Shown piece after piece: positions 26,186 to 39,837 of a stretch of DNA of 64,000 bases. The stretch spans positions 74,834,001-74,898,000 of the forward strand of contig NC_135889.1 in NCBI RefSeq assembly GCF_964194155.1, written 5' to 3'. The notes below the pieces were generated by a model. It searched no databases. It was not told the DNA's origin and saw nothing but the letters and a program-made list of their open reading frames with translations. Every line of letters starts with the position of its first letter. Within the stretch, counting starts at the first letter, position 1. The stretch is from Cetorhinus maximus. Lineage: Eukaryota. A program made the translations under genes and the position numbers.

Positions 26186-27022
26186 TTACCTTACAAGAAA
26201 AGATTGGACAAGCTGGACCTGTATCCATTGGAGTTTAGAAGATTGAGAGGTGATCTTATTGAAACATATAAGATCCTAAGGGGACTTGACAGGGTGGATG
26301 CTGAGAGGATGTTGCCCCTTGTGGGAGAGACTAGAACCAGGGGACATGGTTTAAAAATAAGGAGTGTCCCATTTAAGGCAGAGATGAGAAAAAAAATTCT
26401 CTCAGGAGGTCACGAATCTTTGGAACTCTCTTCCCCAGAGAACGGTGGAGGCAAGGTCAATGAATATGGCATAGAATTCATAGAAACCTATAAAATTCTA
26501 ACAGGACTACACAGGGTAGGTGCAGGAAGGATGTTCCCGATGGTGGGGGAGTCCAGAACCAGGGGTTACAATTTGAGGATACGGGGTAGACCATTTAGGA
26601 CTGAGATGAGGAGAAAGTTCTTCACCCAGAGAGTGGTGAGCCTGTGGAATTCATTACCACAGAAAGTAGTTGAGGCTAAAACATTGTATGTTTTCAAGAA
26701 GGAGTTAGATATAGCTCTTAGGACGAAAGGGATCAAATAATATGGGGAGAAAGCGGGAGCAGGCTATTGAGTTGGATGATCAGTCATGATCATAACGAAT
26801 GGCAGAGCAGGCTCAAAGGGCCGAATGGCCTACTCCTGCTCCTAGTTTCTATGTTTAAGGCAGAGGAAGGGAGTTTCTTGACTAACAAGAGAATCAAAGG
26901 TTTTGGAGGTAGGCGGAATGTGGAGCTGAAGCCATATGATCAGCCATGATCTTATTGAATGGCGGAGCAGGATCAAGGGGCTGAATGGCCTACTCCTGCT
27001 CCTAATTTATATGTCTGTATGT
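26186..27022 (+). mobile_element. Two nested CR1 3' ends
   Basis: Outer copy is broken at about 26466 by an inner copy (about 26470-26853, with its own tail) and resumes at ttaaggcagag. Confidence 0.85.
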
Positions 27023-27587
27023 TCATAAAGTCCATGTAACTACAGGTACCTATTTTCATGGATAATAGGCTTATATTCAGGGATGCTTTTGAGCTGTCAA
27101 AAATAAAGTATTGCAGATGCTGGAAACCTGAAACAAAAAGAAAAAACGCTGAAAATACTCAGGTACCATTTGTGGGGAAAGGCAACTGGTTCAGAAAGTG
27201 CCCTTTGTCAGAACTGATGAAGGTTGTATCTGAAACATTTTTTACTACAGATGCTGATCAATCTGCTAAGTGTTTCCCACATTCTCAGTGATTTTGTCGA
27301 GCTCCCAGCTTTTCTAAAATAGCTGGTCACACGGCAGCATTTTACTTGAAGGTCGATCAGGCCAAGTGACTGCTAGACTCACAAATAGCGAGAAAATTAA
27401 TTGTCATCAAAACTACAGAAGGAAAGTATATATTTAGTTATGTGAAAACAACTTTTGAAGACATCTCTTTGCTAAAAATACCAAATCTCTTCAGATGGTT
27501 CTGCATATTTATATCTTTTATTTGATATAAAAGAGGATTAAGTGCTCAATGAAAAGCAATTCAGGTTGAAAAATGGCAATTAATTAA

Positions 27588-28417
27588 TATCACGAAGAGA
27601 TATTAATGTCTATAATGTTATTGGAAATTATTTTTTAAAATAGATTTCTAGTGGGGTCTGTGGCTATGTGTGTGTCTTAATTGGATTAAAGCCAGCTACT
27701 CTGGGTGCTTTGATGTATTATAGTTTTGAGATGTTAATTAGGTAAACGTAAGGGTAGAAGGTAAAGTGTAAATTTGCATTTGTTAAAAGAAACCACTTAA
27801 GACTGCAGGTGAAATCTTACACCGAGCTAGAAGATGCCAAGCAATGTTTATTTCTTTTCAGTTTACTAACAAAATTGGTGGGGTGAAAGGATGTTATTGT
27901 TAGAAAAGGTAAAGTTAAAAGCCTAATGATACATTGGAAAATTTACATTCAAAGAGAAAGATAAGTATAAAGGAGGTAGAGGCATTTTAAGATCCAACAA
28001 GTGTGAGAAGCCTCCAGCCTGCAAGCCTCAAGCTGCTATCTGTAAGGACCCAGAGCTGAAAGAAACTCATTTTGAATGCGACTGTCCAGGGTGTGCTTTG
28101 CCAGGTGTCTGTTTAAATCTATGAGATTTACTGTTGCCTTAGCAGGGGTGTAACTGAGTGTCAGATTAATTAGGGGATTTTTGTAGTGGTTGTAGTCGTA
28201 ATTTTGTAGACATACGTATGAATTTACAATCTTTGTATTAATAAATGTTTAAGTTAGTTTTATAAAAAACCTCTTGAGACTCGGTGGTCTTATTACTACT
28301 GAATTCAAAGCCTGCATCTCGAAACATACAAATAGCAAAAATGGGTTATGACAGTTGTTTCAAGTTTCCCTCTGGAATTTGAACAACTCAGGCTTTACAA
28401 TCGGCTGTGTCATAATA
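27588..28417 (+). mobile_element. Solo LTR, same family as 40111-40849
   Basis: Collinear shared blocks (gattaaagccagcta, ctcattttgaat, gttatgacagttgttt..gtttccctctgg). Ends tatcacga / tcataata; TSD not clean. Confidence 0.75.
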
Positions 28418-28749
28418 CTTAGTCAGACATTGTAACATTTAAGCCATAGGATAGACAAAAGATTGATATATCTGGTACAAGGAGGCAGACATTAAATTGA
28501 TAAGCAGTTCTGTATCTTCCCTACTAAGATGTTTCATAACCTTAGCTGTTTGATTTAATTTCAAGTGTCACTGTGGAAATGGCTTTACTGCCACTTCATA
28601 CAGCTGGGGCAGAAAGTGATTTTAAAAAATGATTTAACCTTTGAATAATGTTAACTTTGTAATTCATCTGTTCATTTCACAATAAACCAGGAAGGGCTAT
28701 GAACCATACCAAGAGTAGCCGGCTTGATCCATGAGTCAAACCCCATAAT

Positions 28750-30525
28750 CCGGTACAGAGGGAATCAGAGTGTCCTGGTATATATGAATCACAAAAAGTT
28801 AATATGCAGGTATAGCAAACAATTAGGAAGTATAATGAAACTCAAACTCAGCTTTAGTTCGAAGGTCAGGGACTCAGATTCCCGACAAACTGCGGGTCTT
28901 TTGCGCATGCGCCGACCGGGTATTTTTCATTCTTCAGGCCGAGGACTGGCCCTGCACGCTGTGCAGAAGGAAGAAAGAACAGCGCAAAAAGGAAGGTCAA
29001 ATGACCTAGAATGGAGGGCCATTATCAAGTAGGTGCCCCAGGGAGCGGGACAGGGAAAGATCCCAAACCTGGGTGGGGGGGGGGCAGTGAGAGGTCCCAA
29101 AGGGAAGTCCCATGCAAGGGATAAAAGATAGGGGACAGAGATAGGTCCCATTAAGTTAAAAGGAGCAAAGACGTGGGCTCCAAATTAAAGAGCTGCAGGG
29201 AGTAGACTTTAAGCAAAGTGGGCACATGAGCAGCCCTGAAGATGCAAGAAGGCAGCCAAAGGTTGGTGACTCTGTGCTGCAAGCCATTGGGGCAAAGGTA
29301 CCCCTCTGGATCAGTGGTGTTCTGCTTGACACGGCCGAAGACCTGAAATTTTACTTGAAAGGTGAAGCTTGAGTGTATATGGAGATCCAGAGGAAAGAAA
29401 TCTCCCAAGGTGAGATTGAAACCCTCCGAGGTGGGTGATTGTTGAAGCCGTCCAAGTGGGAACGACTTTAGGAGAGAATTCCAAGGCGCAATCTTCAAAG
29501 GTGAAGTTTGGAAACCCTTGTGACAATGTTTCAGTGAGATTGGTTGGCTCACATTGTGACAAACATCTGGGTGGGTTGTTGAGAAATCCATGGAATCGGT
29601 TTGGTTGCATCTATCATTTATTGTGTAGTGTGATGTGTTCCACCACAGTTCACCCATTAATTCACATGTATCTTATACTTACCCTGAACATTAGAGTATA
29701 ATATAGATTTTGTAAATTGTTTTATCTTTCTGAACTTGTGTAGTAAAGTTTATTTTATTTGTTCCAAACCCATGGAATCTTGTGGCTTATTCACTTAGTC
29801 AGTGTCTTGAATCTCAAACTTTATCTGCACTTGAAACAAAAAGTTATTGATCTCTAACTGGATCTCCCCCACATCCCGGGGTCTGGCTAAGGATCATACC
29901 AGAAGGCAAATGGAATGTTGTTGTTTATTTCAAGGAAAATGGAATACACAAGTAGGGATGTTTTGCTACAGTTGTGTAGGGTATTGGTGAGCCCCACATC
30001 TGAAGTACTGTGTACAGTTCTGGTCTCCTTATTTAAGAAAGGATATAATTGCTTTAGAGACAGTTCAGAGAAAGTTCACTCAACTGATTGCTGGGATGAA
30101 GCAGGTGTCCTATAAGAAAAGATAAGACAAGTTGGGCCTGTGCCTGTTGGAGCTTAGAATAATAGTGGTGACCTTATTGAAACATGTAAGATCCTGAGGG
30201 ATCTTGACAGGGTAGATACTGAAAAGAAGTTTTTGCTTGTAAGAGACACGGTTTTAAAAATTAGGGGTCTCCCAAGTAAGATGGAAATGAGGAGAAACTT
30301 TTTTTCCCACTCAGAACATCATTAGTCTCTGGAATTCTCTTCCCTAGAGAGCGATGGGGGCAGGGCCATCGTATATTTTTAAGGTTGTTAGATAGATTCT
30401 CGATTGACAAGTGAATCAAAGGGTATGGGGGTAAAGAGGAGGCCACCATCAGATCAGCCATAATCTTATTAAATGGCAGACCAGGCTCAAGGGGCCGAAT
30501 AGCTTACTCCTGCTCCCAATTCGAA
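28750..30525 (+). mobile_element. CR1 LINE 3' part, split by a solo LTR
   Basis: aattaggaag | gcaaatggaatg is continuous across the insertion; CR1 tail at about 30450-30525. Confidence 0.85.
28831..29901 (+). mobile_element. Solo LTR-like insertion (1071 bp), perfect TSD GAAG
   Basis: gaag at 28827-28830 and 29902-29905; ends tataatga...tcatacca. Confidence 0.75.
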
Positions 30526-30874
30526 GGTTCATTTGCAGCCCAAGGCAGAATATATAAATCCATGGCTACAGCAGGATGTAGAAGGGAATAATTAAACAAC
30601 TAACAGGAACCAGGGGGGAGAGCTGTGTGAAGTATCCCAAAACTAGGGGGAGAGCTGTGTGAAGTATCCCAATGGGAGAAGCCATGACAGCAGCCAAGAT
30701 CAATCTGATGTAAATACAAATGCCAGTATCAAGTACTGATAGAAACCATCGCGGTAGTCATTATTTTGTCAGATATTAGTATAAGAAGTCCACTATGTTT
30801 ATTAACAATGGAGCAGGACTGGCTGAATCCAATGTCTATATTTGGGAAGGGGGAAGAGTAACACCTTGATAATT

Positions 30875-32378
30875 TTTTAAAATTCATTTACGTGATGGGG
30901 GCGTCGCTGGCTAGGCCAGCATTTATTGCCCATCCCTAACTGCCCTCGAGGTGGTGGTGGTGGTGGTGAGCTGCCTTCTTGAACTGCTGCAGTCCCTGTG
31001 GTGTAGGTACACCCACAGTGCTGTTGGGAAGGGTGTTCCAGGATTTTGATCCAGCGACAGTGAAGGAGCGGCAATATATTTCCAAGTCAGAATGAGTGGC
31101 TTGGAGGGGAACTTCCAGGTGGTGGCAATCCCATGTATCTGCTGCCCTTGTCCTGGATGGTAGCAGTCGTGGGTTTGGAAGGTGCTGCTGAGGGAGCATT
31201 GGTGAGTTTTTGCTGTGCATCTTGTAGATGGTACACACTGCTGCCATTGTGTGTCAGTGGTGGAGGGAGTGAATGTTTGTGGAAGGGGTGCCAACCAAGC
31301 AAGCTTTGTCCTGGATGGTGTCAAGTTTCTTGAGTGTTGTTGGGGCTGCACTCATCCATGCAAGTGGAGAGTATTCCATCAGACTCCTGACTTGTGCCTT
31401 GTAGATGGTGGACAGGCTTTGGAGAGTCAGGAGGTGAGTTACTCGCCACAGGATTCCCAGCCTCTTCCCTGCTCTTGTAGCCACAGTATTTATATGGCAA
31501 GTCCAGTTCAGTTTCTAGTCTATGGTAACCTCCAGGATGTTTATAGTGGGGGATTCAGCGATGGCAATGCCATTGAATGTCAAAGGGTGATCGTTAGATT
31601 CTCTCTTTTGGAGATGGTCATTGCCTGGCACTTGTGTGGCACGAATGTTACTTGCCATTCGTCAGCCCAAGCCTGGATATTGTCCAAGTCTTGCTGCATT
31701 TGGACATAGACTGCTTCAGTATGAGTCACGAATGGTGAACATTGTGCAATCAGCTGTGAACATTCCCACTCTGACCTTATGATGAAAGGAAGGTCATTGA
31801 TGAAGCAGCTGAAGATGGTTGGACCTAGGACACCAACCTGAGGAACTCCTGCAGTGATGTCCTGGAGCTGAGATGATTGACCTCCAACAACCACAACCAT
31901 CTTCCTTTGTGCTAGGCATGACTCCAACCAGCGGAGAACTTTCCCCCTGATTCCCATTGACTCCAGTTTTGATAGGGCTCCTTGATGGCACATTTGGTCA
32001 AATGTTGCCTTGATGTCAAGGGCAGTCACTCTCACCTCACCTCTGGAGTTCAGCTCTTTTGTCTATGTATGAACCAAGGCTGGAATGAGGTTAGAAGCTG
32101 AGTGACCCTGGCGGAACCCAAACTGTGCGTCAGTGAGCAGGTTATTGCTAAGCAAGTGCCGCTTGATAGCACTGTCGATGACCCTTTCCATCACTTTATT
32201 GATGATCAAGAGTCGACTGATTGGGCGATAATTGGCCGGGTTGGATTTGTCCTGCTGTGTGCGTACAGGACATAGCTGGACAATTTTCCACATTGCCAGG
32301 TAGATGCCAGTGTCGCGGCTGTACTAAAACAGCTTGGCTAGGGGCACAGCAAGTTCTGGAGCACAAGTCTTCAGTACT
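30875..32378 (-). mobile_element. CR1-group LINE family B, RT and 3' UTR
   Basis: ANYRPIS, QFGFRQGHS, LDIKATFD, AGVPQ..VLGPTIFSCFINDLP, IYKAQVRSLMEY. Confidence 0.9.
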
Positions 32379-33949
32379 ACGTGTTAAAAAAAAACACTGC
32401 TTGCTATTTCACTCTGTGTTGACATAAGTCTGAGGGTTGTCATTACAGGATTTGTGCTTCATGACTGATTTCACATCCTTCCATCATCACAGTGGGGTGC
32501 CTTCCATTTCACAGTTTGACAGTTCTAAGTAGGTAGACTCTTTGAAATTTTTTCTGCATTTCAGAAATCCTTGCTATCTGACTCATAAACCATTTATTGC
32601 AATGTTCAGAGGCACTGGGCATCATGCAACACAACATCACCTTATGAACCTCAATCAAACCAGAGAGCAAACTGATCAATGCTACTTTACAGGCCTTTAT
32701 GGATCTGAGCCACATGTCATTTGCTTTTGTTATTAGAACTGCAACTCTTTTTCAACACAAGAATTAACCACTGACTTTGGAAGCTATTTAGTAATACCTA
32801 TTGACCTGCTTGAAAATCTAATGGTTGCTACAATGAAGTGAAGATATGTATCACTTGATAATGGCACATGTGATTCAAAGGAATCATAGCAGAAAACAGG
32901 CCATGAATTTCAAAGCCAGTAACATGTTGAAACTAAGGACCCATGTTCGACTGACGGTAGAGTGCAATGTAACATAGCTAAACTAGCTCCCATTTACAGG
33001 GGCCCACACAGCACACTTGGAAAATCATAAGACACAAATTATAAGATTCCAAAGTTACCGTAAGATAAGTTTTTGGTGTTTTCTATGAGTGAAGCTTTTT
33101 TCTAAACTGGGCACGGGGAAAAGTTCATAGAGGAACCCAATAAAGAGGTACCAGAAAATCCTGAGGGTACTCTGGTTGGGGAACAATTCTTATCTTCATT
33201 TTCTAAGACCCATTTTGTGTGTCATGGTCCAATGCTCTCTTAATAGAGATGCTTATGCAATGGCAGTGAGACAAAGCCTTCAGGAGCTGAATCTGAAGAA
33301 GCAGAAAAGGACATTACAATGCTTCCACGTGGCCTGTGGTGGGACTTTGGAAAATTGGGGATCATCTGATAAGACTTTTGTTTGCTTTGGATCAATTTTG
33401 TTGCTTTGTAATCATTAGGATTGTCTGACTTTGAATTTCTCTATCCCCCAAGGTGATAATGTATCTTTTATTCCTGCAACTCAGTTTTATCAGTGCAGCA
33501 TCAATTAATCTCAGGTTTCTTAGAGTGTGAGGGAGGGAAAAATTGAGCTATTAACTGGAAAAATCTAATACATTCAAAAATGTTAACAATCATAGCATAA
33601 TTGCCAAATAACTGTCAAGGAACCAGCTATGATTTTGGTATTTTATATAGCTTTCTTCAATGTTTTGACGTTAAATTTCTTTCTCATGATTGTGAGCATC
33701 TGATATACCATATAATGGCAGGAGATCAGAGGGAGATTGAGATAGAGGGGGCCAGTAAAAAGATTGAACTGCAAGTCCTACAGGTTAAGAAAGTTGGATA
33801 TCCAAGGTAAAATCAGAAAGGTAAGAAAAGAAAGAAAGAAAGAGGAAAGGGAGAGACTGTGAAGTAGAAGGATGATATTGCTGTTGCTAACTAGCTTTAT
33901 TGTTCTTGGTTAATACACTTACTTCTATGTACATAACTCTGCTTGGACC

Positions 33950-36240
33950 CTTATTTCAACAAAGCTGACAACTCCAATGATAATTCCAGAGCATCGAACC
34001 TAGGTTGGGTGCAGGGAAGGTCACACAAAAGACCAACATAGAAGGAAGAGGGTTCAGGGAGTGGGTTGTAGATTTATATAGGTAGACATGAATGAGGCCA
34101 GAATGGCATCTAATCAAATGGATGAGAATTTTAAATTTGAGAGATTGAGGGGTCAGGAACCAATGTGGGTCAATGAGGACAGTGGTAATAGATGAGTGTA
34201 GTTTGGTGCAGGGTATGATATGAACAGCAGAAATTCTATGAGCTGACATTTATGGAGGGGAGAGGATGGAATACCAGATACAAAAAGATTGGAAAAAGTT
34301 AAATTTTGTTATAAAGGCATGATTGAGGGTGTCAGCAGCAGATGGGTTGAACATACGAACTCGGAGCAGGAGTAGGCTGCTCCGCCATTCAATAAGATCA
34401 TGGCTGATCTGATTGTAACCTCCCACCTACCCTCAATAACATTTCACTCCCTTGTTAATCAAGAATCTATCTAGCTCTGCCTTAAAATATTAAAAGACCC
34501 TACTTCCACTGCCTTTTGAGGAAGAGTTCCAAAGACTCACAACCCTCAGAGAAAAAATTTCTCCTCATCTCTGTCTTGAATGAGTGACCCCTTATCTTTA
34601 AACCATGACCCCTAGTTCTAGATTCTCCCACAAGAGGAAACATCCTCTTCACATCCACCCTGTCAAGACCCCTCCGAATCTTAAAGGTTTCAATCAAGTC
34701 ACCTCTTACTCTTATAAACTCCAGTGGATACAAGCCTAACCTGTCCAACCTATCCCCATAAGACAATCTGCCCATTCCTGGTATTAGCCTGGTAAACTTT
34801 CTCTTAACTGCTTCTAGCACATTTACATCTTTCCTTAAATAAAAGACCAATACTGTACACAGTACTCCAGATGTGGTCTCACTAGTGCGCTGTACAACTG
34901 AAGCATACTTTTATATTCAATTCCCCTCACGATAAACAATAACATTCTATTAGCTTTCCTAATTACTTGCTGTACCTACATACTAGCCTTTTGTGATTCA
35001 TGCACTAGGACACACAAACCCTGCTGCATCTCAGAAACCCCGCTGCAATCTCTCACCATTTAGATAATATGCTTCTTTTTATTCTTCCTGCCAAAATGGA
35101 CAATTTCACATTTGCCCACATTATACTCCATTTGCCAGGTCTTTGCTCACTCACTTAACCTATCTATGTCCCTTTGCAGCCTTCTCTTCACAACTTACTT
35201 TCCTAGGTAGGCGATATTATGAAGGTGGATAAAGAAGATGTTTGCGTTGGCAACTACATGGTGGCTTGTAATCTCAGCTCAGGAGGTAGGAAAAGAAGCC
35301 ATTGCTGATTATGATCAGATACGTAAAAGTCGAACCAGGCAAAGATAGTCCCATTGAGCTGCACAGTAAAGGAAAGATGTTGGCGGGGTATGATGTAATC
35401 CAGAGCTATCCAATATGTTAGTTATCAGCCATATGTATTTAGTTAGGAATACATATGTGGCTAACTGCAGTTTGATTAATACATAAAAGCTGAACAAAAG
35501 GCACCGTCATCAGGCATGTGATCTCAATCCTTATAATAACATAATGTGTGCGCTTTAACCTTTGTGTATTTGTTTGTAAAATGGTAAGACAAAAAGTATA
35601 ATACGCAAGTGTCTTTTGATTGTTGAGTGCTTTACTCCCTTGTTACTGAATGGGGCTAGAAGTTAGTTAAGTAAAGAAACAGGAAGTATATTTACCTCTG
35701 TCATGCGAGTGTGCAGAAGGCGTTTTCTATTGCACGTGGCTAAAATAGTGTCATACCGTAGCCACAACTGTGGATAGCCAGAAGTTTATTTTGAACTATA
35801 ATGCACCATGGTCATAGTCAGAGAGGATATCTTTTATGACTTTGGATTAGGGTCATTTCAGTGTCCTGGCATTGAGCTAAAACCTGAGTGAATGCTCCAA
35901 ACATGGAAATGAGAGAGATTTGGGAGGCAACAACACATTCAAGGACTGAAGAGGAAAAAGAGATTGGAGATGGAGCAGTATTTTGCAAGGACAGAAAGGT
36001 TGAGGGTGGATTTTTTTTTAAGGAAGGGATGATAAAAATAGTTTTGAAAGGGAAGGGGAGCAGTGCATGTGAGGGTGAAATCATTTGCAACATCAACCAA
36101 CATACGAATCAGGTAAGGGTGTAGGATAGTTAGCTGTTTAGTGGGAATGGGGCCAAGGGAGCAGCAAGTGGTTCTTGTGGGTAAGATGAGGTTGAAAAGG
36201 GGGTATGGGGCAAAATGGAGAAAACCGAGAGAGAAGCTGT
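33950..36240 (-). mobile_element. Old L2-like LINE fragments interrupted by CR1 and an unclassified segment
   Basis: ITTVLIDPHWFLTPQSLKFKIL resembles the L2 HWLP..RI.FK motif; PFPFKTIFIIPSLKK upstream. Confidence 0.6.
34351..35205 (-). mobile_element. CR1 LINE 3' part
   Basis: LEAVKRKFTRLIPGM...GDLIETFKI...FKTEMRRNFFS. Confidence 0.9.
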
Positions 36241-36401
36241 AATCTGGTTCTTAATATAGTCTCCACAATAGATGGTAGCCACAGGGTAGAATCAACAACA
36301 TTTGCTGAATATTTTAAAACCAAATGACAGTATCAACTGGAATAGATCTGTCCAAAATGGGCTTCAGTCCCTTTTACACAAAGTAGAAAAACAAACTATC
36401 A

Positions 36402-37187
36402 AATGCAAGTAACATGCGTGCCACACAAGTGCCAGGTAATGACCATCTCCAATGAGAGACAATCTAACTATCACCCCCTGATATTAAGTAGTATTACCAT
36501 TGCTGAACCCGCCACTATCAACATCCTGGGGGTTACCACTGACCAGAAACTGAATTGGGCCGGCCATATAAATACTGTGGCTACAAGAGCAGGTCAGAGG
36601 CTGGGTATTCTGCAGTGAGTAACTCACCTTCCGACTCCCCAAAGCCTGTCCATCACCTACAAGGCACAAGTTGGGAGCATGATAGAATGCTCTCCACTGG
36701 CCTGGACGAGTGCAGCTCCAGCACTACTCAAGCAGCTTGACACCATCCAGGACAAAAGCAGCCCGCTTGATTGGCGCCCCATCTGCAACCTTAAAAACTG
36801 GCTCCCTCCATCACCGACACACAGTGGCAGCAGTGTGCACCATATACCATATACACTGCAGCAACTCACCAAAGCTCCTTCGACAGCACCTTCACAATCC
36901 ATGACCTATAGCACCAGAAGGAGAAGAGCAACACATGCATGGGAACACCACCACCTGCCAAGTTCTCCTCCAAGCCACACACCATCCTGCCTTGGAACTA
37001 TATCGGCATTCCTTCACTGTCGTTGGGTCAACATCATGGAACTCCCTAACAGTACTGTGGGTGTACCTACACAACACAGACTGCAGCGGTTCAAGAAGAC
37101 AGCTCACCACCACCTTCTCAAAGGCAATTAGGGATGGGCAATAAATGCTGGCCTAGCGACGCCAACATCCTGTGAAAGAATAAAAAA
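36402..37187 (+). mobile_element. CR1-group LINE family B, 3' end
   Basis: QVTCVPHKCQVMTISN...RAGQRLGIL; tail aagggcaattagggatgggcaataaatgctggcc-type followed by an A-rich end. Confidence 0.9.
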
Positions 37188-38131
37188 AGGGAACAACTTT
37201 GGAAATTGATAATTCTGTGAAAACCTGGCTGTGGCCAAAAAGATTAAAAAATTAAAAAGTATACTTGGTCAAAATGATGACAAAATAGTATGAATGCCAT
37301 AGTGTTCGTCTATCTCCATTATCCTCCTCCCCATCCCATCATATGGCATTTATTAGTGAAGGCTGAAGGAACATAAGAACACAAAAAACACAAGTAAGGC
37401 ACATGTCCCCTTGAGGTGTCCACTATCCAATAAGATGATGGCTGATCTGATCTTGGAAGAATTCTCTGGATTTTCAAAAATGTATTACAAACTTTAACTG
37501 ACACTTATTCCTGATCAAGATGCATGTTTCTTTGAATTAATGTTAGTTAGGTATAGTTAGGTATGAATCAAAAGAATTAATTTTTCAGACCTGCATCTTG
37601 TGATTTGCTAACATGATACGTGAAATTAAAATTTCATGCCATCTCTGCTCCGGAACTGAACATTAACTAAGGCTAACATGTACCCATTGGCTTTGTGAAG
37701 GAGTATATTGGGGAACGAGAATTATTCTCTAAATAGTGAGCTGGTTAATAATGGTCAAGAAATCAGGAGAAAAACAGTAACCAGAGTTGAGCTACTTTTC
37801 CTGAGATGCAAAGAAGGACACACAAAAAAAAAATCAACTCTTCCTAGTATATCTTTCAGAGGAATATTGACAAAACATGTTATTCAAAACATTTCATTCA
37901 AAAAACGGTAAATAGTATTTGGGACATACAAAAGAAGAAATGGATCAACCCTTTACATTTGTTCTGAGTAATATAACATTTCAATTTCTAAAACAATTAG
38001 TTTTACAAACGAAAAGCAGAAAATATATAATTTTTTTTTGTTTGAAAAATCTTTTAACAGTTAGTCTTTTGCTGTAATTGAACTAGTTAGGTAAGGTATT
38101 AGTTACATAAACAGAAACAAAGAATACACAC

Positions 38132-38811
38132 CTGTAGTGCTGATAATGCAAAAGGATTGAGTCCCAGAGGATTCTGCAGGGATCCTGAACCCAAAAGTGG
38201 AGATGGGGACAAAGACTGGGAATTAAATTGAGATTGTGCCATTTGTTGTGAGGAGGCTGGAGGCACGTTTGTACAGGTGATGGAAGATTCATCACAAGGC
38301 ATTCTTGGTAAGAGGCTGAACCACTGTCCACCTTTCTCTGTAAGTACTTTCAGCAACTGGTCATTTTGGAGTAAAGGAGAATTGTAGAGTTTCCCTGTGC
38401 CAGTTATCAGTGGGTTAAAAAGGTTTGCACACGAGTCTAATTTTTCTGAGTTGCCAGATGGAATTGTAAGCTGGGAACTTGAGATGGAGTTCTGAGAGTT
38501 ACAACGACTAGGAGATGATGATGGAGTGCCGATTACTTGGTTCACATTTTGTTTCTGAGTCACAAAGTCTGATTCAGGAGGCATTTTTGCTACCTCTAAC
38601 AGCTTACTCAGTTTTGAAAAAGAACCTGGCTTTTGCAAGAACAGGTTAGTGCTACTTTTTCCTTTTGAATCACTTCTGCACAAATCTTCACAGTTAGTTG
38701 CTGAACAAGAGCTGTTTAATTTCTCTTCGGGTGGCTCAGAAGGCTCTTCCTTAATCTGCAAACTGTTAGCATTTTTTAGTTTTTCTCTCTCTTTCATCAT
38801 CTCTTCAGAAC
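38132..38811 (-). CDS. BAZ2B: BAZ2B large coding exon
   Basis: cag|GT...CAG|gtgtg, 680 nt. Contains NLFLQKPGSFSKLSKLLEVAKMPPES and QWFSLLPRMPCD. Confidence 0.95.
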
Positions 38812-39837
38812 CTGGAATAATAAATTAGTTTTACTTACAATCCAACATATTAACATTTTTACATTAAGTATTGATGTCGTAAAAGGGTGGCATTGTATGC
38901 AAAACTAACTTTTAAAGTCCAGCCTTTGGCTATTATGGATAATATATACGTAAATTACATTAAAAGATAAACTATGAAACATTTACATAAAACAATGTGG
39001 AATTAAAAGATGTAAATGTAAACCAGCAGCCATATCCATAAATTTTCACAAGACCAAGCTAACGCTGTGAACATAATCATTTGACTTAATCACTTTATAT
39101 GCCTTGCAAACTGGACAATTTGCTGGTTCATGTTATGAGTCATCCATAATTAAGCCACATAGTCTGCTGATCCAACATGATCACTTATAGAAGATGGCCA
39201 ATAAGGTAGTCAAAGCGATCTCAGCAGGATTAAGCAATATAATAGTCAAGTCAATAACTCCAAATACAAAGTCCAAAAACGAAACCAAGAGGAGCTTCCC
39301 TTTTAGCAAAATCCACATACTTGCATACCTATTCAAAAGCTAGCTTCCCCTACACTTTATGCATGACTTTGTTCCTTACCATGACATTAGATATTTGACT
39401 AGAGAAGAGAGCCAGATGAAATCAAGATAAGCATTGTAATTCTCTCTTGCTCCACTACCTCCTAAACCTAAAGCACCGAACACCAGAAGCATAATTTAGA
39501 GAAATGCCAGGCAATATCAAAGTTCAGATTCATTTAAGATGCTTCTTATTACTTGTGATAAGCCACAAGGTCTGTAAAACAAGCAGTTTCATAGATCAAC
39601 AGGAAGCACATTGCTCTTAGCAACACCCTGCAATCAAGAAGGTATTTCCTGTAGCTGGGAACTATTCTCTACAAACAACAAAAAATGGTTCTCTACAGTG
39701 TTCCAGCTCCTCCTGGTCCCCAAATTTTTATTTTTACACCTACCTTCTGCTGTTCCACCATGGCGGATGCTCACCCAATAAACAACTATAATTGTCAGTC
39801 CTATGTACATCACAGGACCTTGATTTACATAGCTAAT

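Noticed and set aside
26096-26740. 214-aa ORF with a duplicated domain
   Set aside because: Chance read-through across a poly-G tract and two nested CR1 3' ends.
29151-29701. ORFs of 88-168 aa
   Set aside because: They lie inside a TSD-flanked solo LTR and show no recognisable domain.
30612-30672. Short direct duplications (also about 12050 and 42843)
   Set aside because: Two-copy slippage duplications of 20-32 bp with no further structure.
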